In this document: one piece after another, positions 61,351-64,000 of the stretch | Layout of the letters: each line of letters begins with the position of its first letter | Position numbering within the stretch: position 1 is the stretch's first letter | Assembly (NCBI GenBank): GCA_963665775.2 | Contig: CAXXTF010000001.1 | Location: forward strand, 128,001 to 192,000 | Reading direction: 5' to 3' | DNA from: Dehalococcoidia bacterium | Lineage (GTDB): Bacteria; Chloroflexota; Dehalococcoidia; SM23-28-2; RBG-16-64-32 | DNA: 64,000 nt | Made by a program: the position numbers and the translations under genes | The notes under the pieces: generated by a model | Databases searched by the model: none | What the model saw: the letters and a program-made list of their open reading frames with translations, nothing else | What the model was told of the DNA's origin: nothing

Positions 61351-61431
61351 AAACCCGAATCTAGGGGGAGTTGGGAGAGGCGGAGATGGACTAGGCCGGG
61401 CACTCGCGCAGCGTCGCCCGGAAAGCTGCGC

Positions 61432-61920
61432 TTACTCCAGCACGATTTCGCCGCTCTTGCCGCCCCGCTTGCGCACCAGCCGTATCTCCTCGATGCGCAT
61501 GTCCCGCTGCACCGCCTTGGCCATGTCGTAGACAGTGAGGGCGGTCACCGCCACGGCCGTAAGGGCCTCCATCTCCACGCCGGTCTTGCCGGTGGTGCGA
61601 ACCGTGGCGCTGATGTCGATGGCGCTCCGGGCCTCGTCCGGCTGGAGCGAGACGTCGATATGGGTCAGCAGGAGGGGATGACAGAGGGGGATCAGCTCGT
61701 GGGTGCGTTTGGCGGCCATGACTCCGGCCAGGCGGGCGGTGGTCAGGACGTCCCCCTTGGCGGTCGCGCCGGATAGGATGAGGGCCAGGGTCTCCGGCTT
61801 CATGTAGATGCTGCCCCGGGCCACAGCCTCCCGCGCGGTGTCCGCCTTGGCGGAGATGTCCACCATGCGGGGCTGGCCGGCCTCGTCCACGTGGGTCAAC
61901 TGCCCTGGGTCACGACTCAC
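61432..61920 (-). CDS. moaC: Cyclic pyranopterin monophosphate synthase MoaC
   Basis: [33 protein letters not shown]. Confidence 0.97.
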   Translation of the reverse strand: MSRDPGQLTHVDEAGQPRMVDISAKADTAREAVARGSIYMKPETLALILSGATAKGDVLTTARLAGVMAAKRTHELIPLCHPLLLTHIDVSLQPDEARSAIDISATVRTTGKTGVEMEALTAVAVTALTVYDMAKAVQRDMRIEEIRLVRKRGGKSGEIVLE

Positions 61921-61932
61921 CTCGTTACCTCC

Positions 61933-62979
61933 CTAGTCGACGATCGTCGCGCGGCGACGCCGAGCGACGGCTACGGTCGCAAAGAAACTTACGACAACCG
62001 CGCCTGCCACGCCACCGACAACCCACGGCAGAATAGAGATGGAGCCGCCGCCGTGAGGCGGGTCCGCAGGGATGATTTCAAGGAATATCAAGTCCTCTGC
62101 CTGGAAGCCCTGTCCCTCCACAGTGACAACCGTTCCAGCGGGCCCATTTGTTGGAGAAACTTCAACCGCGCCGGGGGCGTCGGCTAACTGTGTCAGCATC
62201 CGCTGCAAGGACGGCGATGCCTCGAATACCTGCACCGGGTTGCGGAAGTTGTTGGCCGCGTCAAGAGGCGCTAGGTCGACGAGGTAACCCAGCGATTTAA
62301 CGTAGCGAAGCGACAAGACGCGGCCCTCCGGTAGACGAAACCTCACATCCACGTCGCCGGTATCCTCTAACGCCTTTGGGAGGTCAATCTCCGGATAGTG
62401 GAGGGTTTCCGTTCGTGCGGCAGCAGCCGCAAGCTCCTCCCATAACGCCCGCGCCTCAGCGCCGCCCGGTTCTAGCGGGTGGCCTGCCACCTCGACAGCG
62501 ATCTGCTCTCCGCTACGTATCGTGGCTATAAGCACATCGAGAACTGTCGGTGCGGCAGGCAGGAACCCCTGGCCAGCGAGGGTAATATATCTTTTCAGGA
62601 GTGCATCGCGGCCTTCGTCCAGTGCGAGCCAGACAACATATTCGTTACCCGAACTCACGCGGACGACACCGTGTGCCGGATAGTAGATGGCCTCATCGAT
62701 GTCCACTTCGGGCCAGTAGCCATTGTCCCTCAAGGGGACATTCCAGTACCAAGAGCTAACGAGATACTCGGTTCCAAGCTCGGCCGAAGGGGCTGATACC
62801 TGTGGCGGCGGCCACCACCTGCGCCAGAAGGCCCGGTCGTCCTGAAACGTGAGAGCTATCGGATGGGCCATATCGCCGCCGGATATAGTGGTAGGGAGAG
62901 TTTTTGCCAGGCCAACGTCTGACCCCTCGATGAAAACCAGAGCCACGGCCAGCAAGGCAAGAACAGCCAAACGGAACAT
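61933..62979 (-). CDS. Hypothetical secreted protein with C-terminal membrane anchor
   Basis: Signal peptide, short Ig-like segment, TM + RRRR; lower GC; lies between moaA and moaC. Confidence 0.7.
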   Translation of the reverse strand: MFRLAVLALLAVALVFIEGSDVGLAKTLPTTISGGDMAHPIALTFQDDRAFWRRWWPPPQVSAPSAELGTEYLVSSWYWNVPLRDNGYWPEVDIDEAIYYPAHGVVRVSSGNEYVVWLALDEGRDALLKRYITLAGQGFLPAAPTVLDVLIATIRSGEQIAVEVAGHPLEPGGAEARALWEELAAAAARTETLHYPEIDLPKALEDTGDVDVRFRLPEGRVLSLRYVKSLGYLVDLAPLDAANNFRNPVQVFEASPSLQRMLTQLADAPGAVEVSPTNGPAGTVVTVEGQGFQAEDLIFLEIIPADPPHGGGSISILPWVVGGVAGAVVVSFFATVAVARRRRATIVD

Positions 62980-63047
62980 CAGAAGTGGACCGGACCCCTC
63001 TACTAAGCCCAGACTTAGGGCAATTATAGCACAGGCGTTGCCCCCGC

Positions 63048-64000
63048 CTAGCCGCCGATGTACGACATCTCGATCTTCTGCAGGCCCGGAGTCTCGCTGG
63101 CCCGCAGATCGGAGTAGCGGTCGTCGCGGACAGACCAGATGGAGCGCAGGACGGCGGCGATCTCGCCGTCGGTCTTGCCGGAGCGGAGCAGCTCCCGAAA
63201 GTCGTGCCCGGCGGCGGCGAAGAGGCAGGTGTACAGGCTGCCGTCAGCGGACAGCCGGGCCCGCGTGCAGTCGCCGCAGAAGGGCTGAGAGACCGAGGTG
63301 ATGATGCCGATCTCGCCGGCCCCATCCTTGTAGCGGTAGCGGTTGGCCACCTCGCCCCGATACTGGGATTTCGCCGGCTCCAGGGGAAACTCTCGGCCGA
63401 TCATCTCCACGATCTCCTTGGCCGTCACCACCTGATCCATCCGCCAGCCGTTGCTGGTGCCCACATCCATGAACTCAATGTAGCGCACGATGTGGCCGGT
63501 GCCCCGGAAGTATCGGGCCATATCGACGATAGTGTGGTCGTTGATGCCCTTTTTCACCACCACGTTAATCTTGACGGGAGACAGGCCCGCCTTGTGGGCC
63601 GCCTCGATCCCGTCCAGCACTCGCCTTACGGGGAAATCCACGTCGTTCATGGAGCGAAAGACCTCGTCTTCCAGACTATCCAGGCTGACGTTGATGCGTT
63701 TCAGGCCCGCCTCCTTGAGGGGCTGGGCCACGTGCACGAGGCGGGAGCCGTTGGTGGTCAGGGTGAGGTCCTTGAGGTCGGGAATGGCCGTCAGCATCTC
63801 GATTAGCTTGGGCAGATCGGCCCGCACCGTGGGCTCCCCACCCGTGAGGCGGATCTTCTCCACTCCGTGCTGGACGAAGATGCGGGCCAGGCGGGCGATC
63901 TCCTCGTATGTGAGGATCTCCTCTCGCTTCAGGAACTGGTATCCGCGGCCGAACACCTCCTTGGGCATGCAGTAGACGCAGCGGAAGTTGCAGCGATCCG
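63048..64000 (-). CDS. moaA: GTP 3',8-cyclase MoaA (5' end outside window)
   Basis: DRCNFRCVYC, RLTGGEP, FCGDC.R.R..C, MSYIGG. Confidence 0.98.
   Translation of the reverse strand, partial: DRCNFRCVYCMPKEVFGRGYQFLKREEILTYEEIARLARIFVQHGVEKIRLTGGEPTVRADLPKLIEMLTAIPDLKDLTLTTNGSRLVHVAQPLKEAGLKRINVSLDSLEDEVFRSMNDVDFPVRRVLDGIEAAHKAGLSPVKINVVVKKGINDHTIVDMARYFRGTGHIVRYIEFMDVGTSNGWRMDQVVTAKEIVEMIGREFPLEPAKSQYRGEVANRYRYKDGAGEIGIITSVSQPFCGDCTRARLSADGSLYTCLFAAAGHDFRELLRSGKTDGEIAAVLRSIWSVRDDRYSDLRASETPGLQKIEMSYIGG

Overview
GC-rich, mostly housekeeping bacterial chromosome segment. Gene content, Gram-positive-type regulatory elements (T-box, CIRCE, GAAC-N4-GTTC SOS-like boxes) and protein style suggest Chloroflexota, probably Dehalococcoidia-like; this is inference, not a database result. 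It carries about 60 genes: comF, a Fur-family regulator with a Zn/Mn ABC transporter, holA, prmA, dnaJ, folP/folK, purF/purM/purH, mtaB, scpB, T-box-ileS, pdxST, tmk, rpsT, alr, thrB/lysC, dnaE, a speD-DHS-like-speB polyamine cluster, holB, lysA, CIRCE-groES/groEL, tsaD and moaA/moaC. I saw no tRNA, rRNA, CRISPR array or intact mobile element. Main observations: (1) a standalone ~45-aa microprotein with a beta-clamp-type motif (QLRLPL) and an NrdJ-like Zn ribbon behind a promoter with two SOS-like boxes; (2) the same 16-bp palindromic operator in the promoters of an XRE regulator and of a deleted restriction-modification remnant 15.6 kb away; (3) a short palindromic repeat family inserted in-frame into ileS (twice) and purM; (4) a RusA-like gene between the Ile T-box and a GVHH-signature IleRS2; (5) a polyamine operon with a candidate leader ORF and an agmatinase with His->Asn at a metal ligand; (6) several signs of gene decay (in-frame stops in ogt and a lytic transglycosylase, deletions, orphan gene tails). 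All calls come from reading the sequence and recognising motifs; no searches were run.
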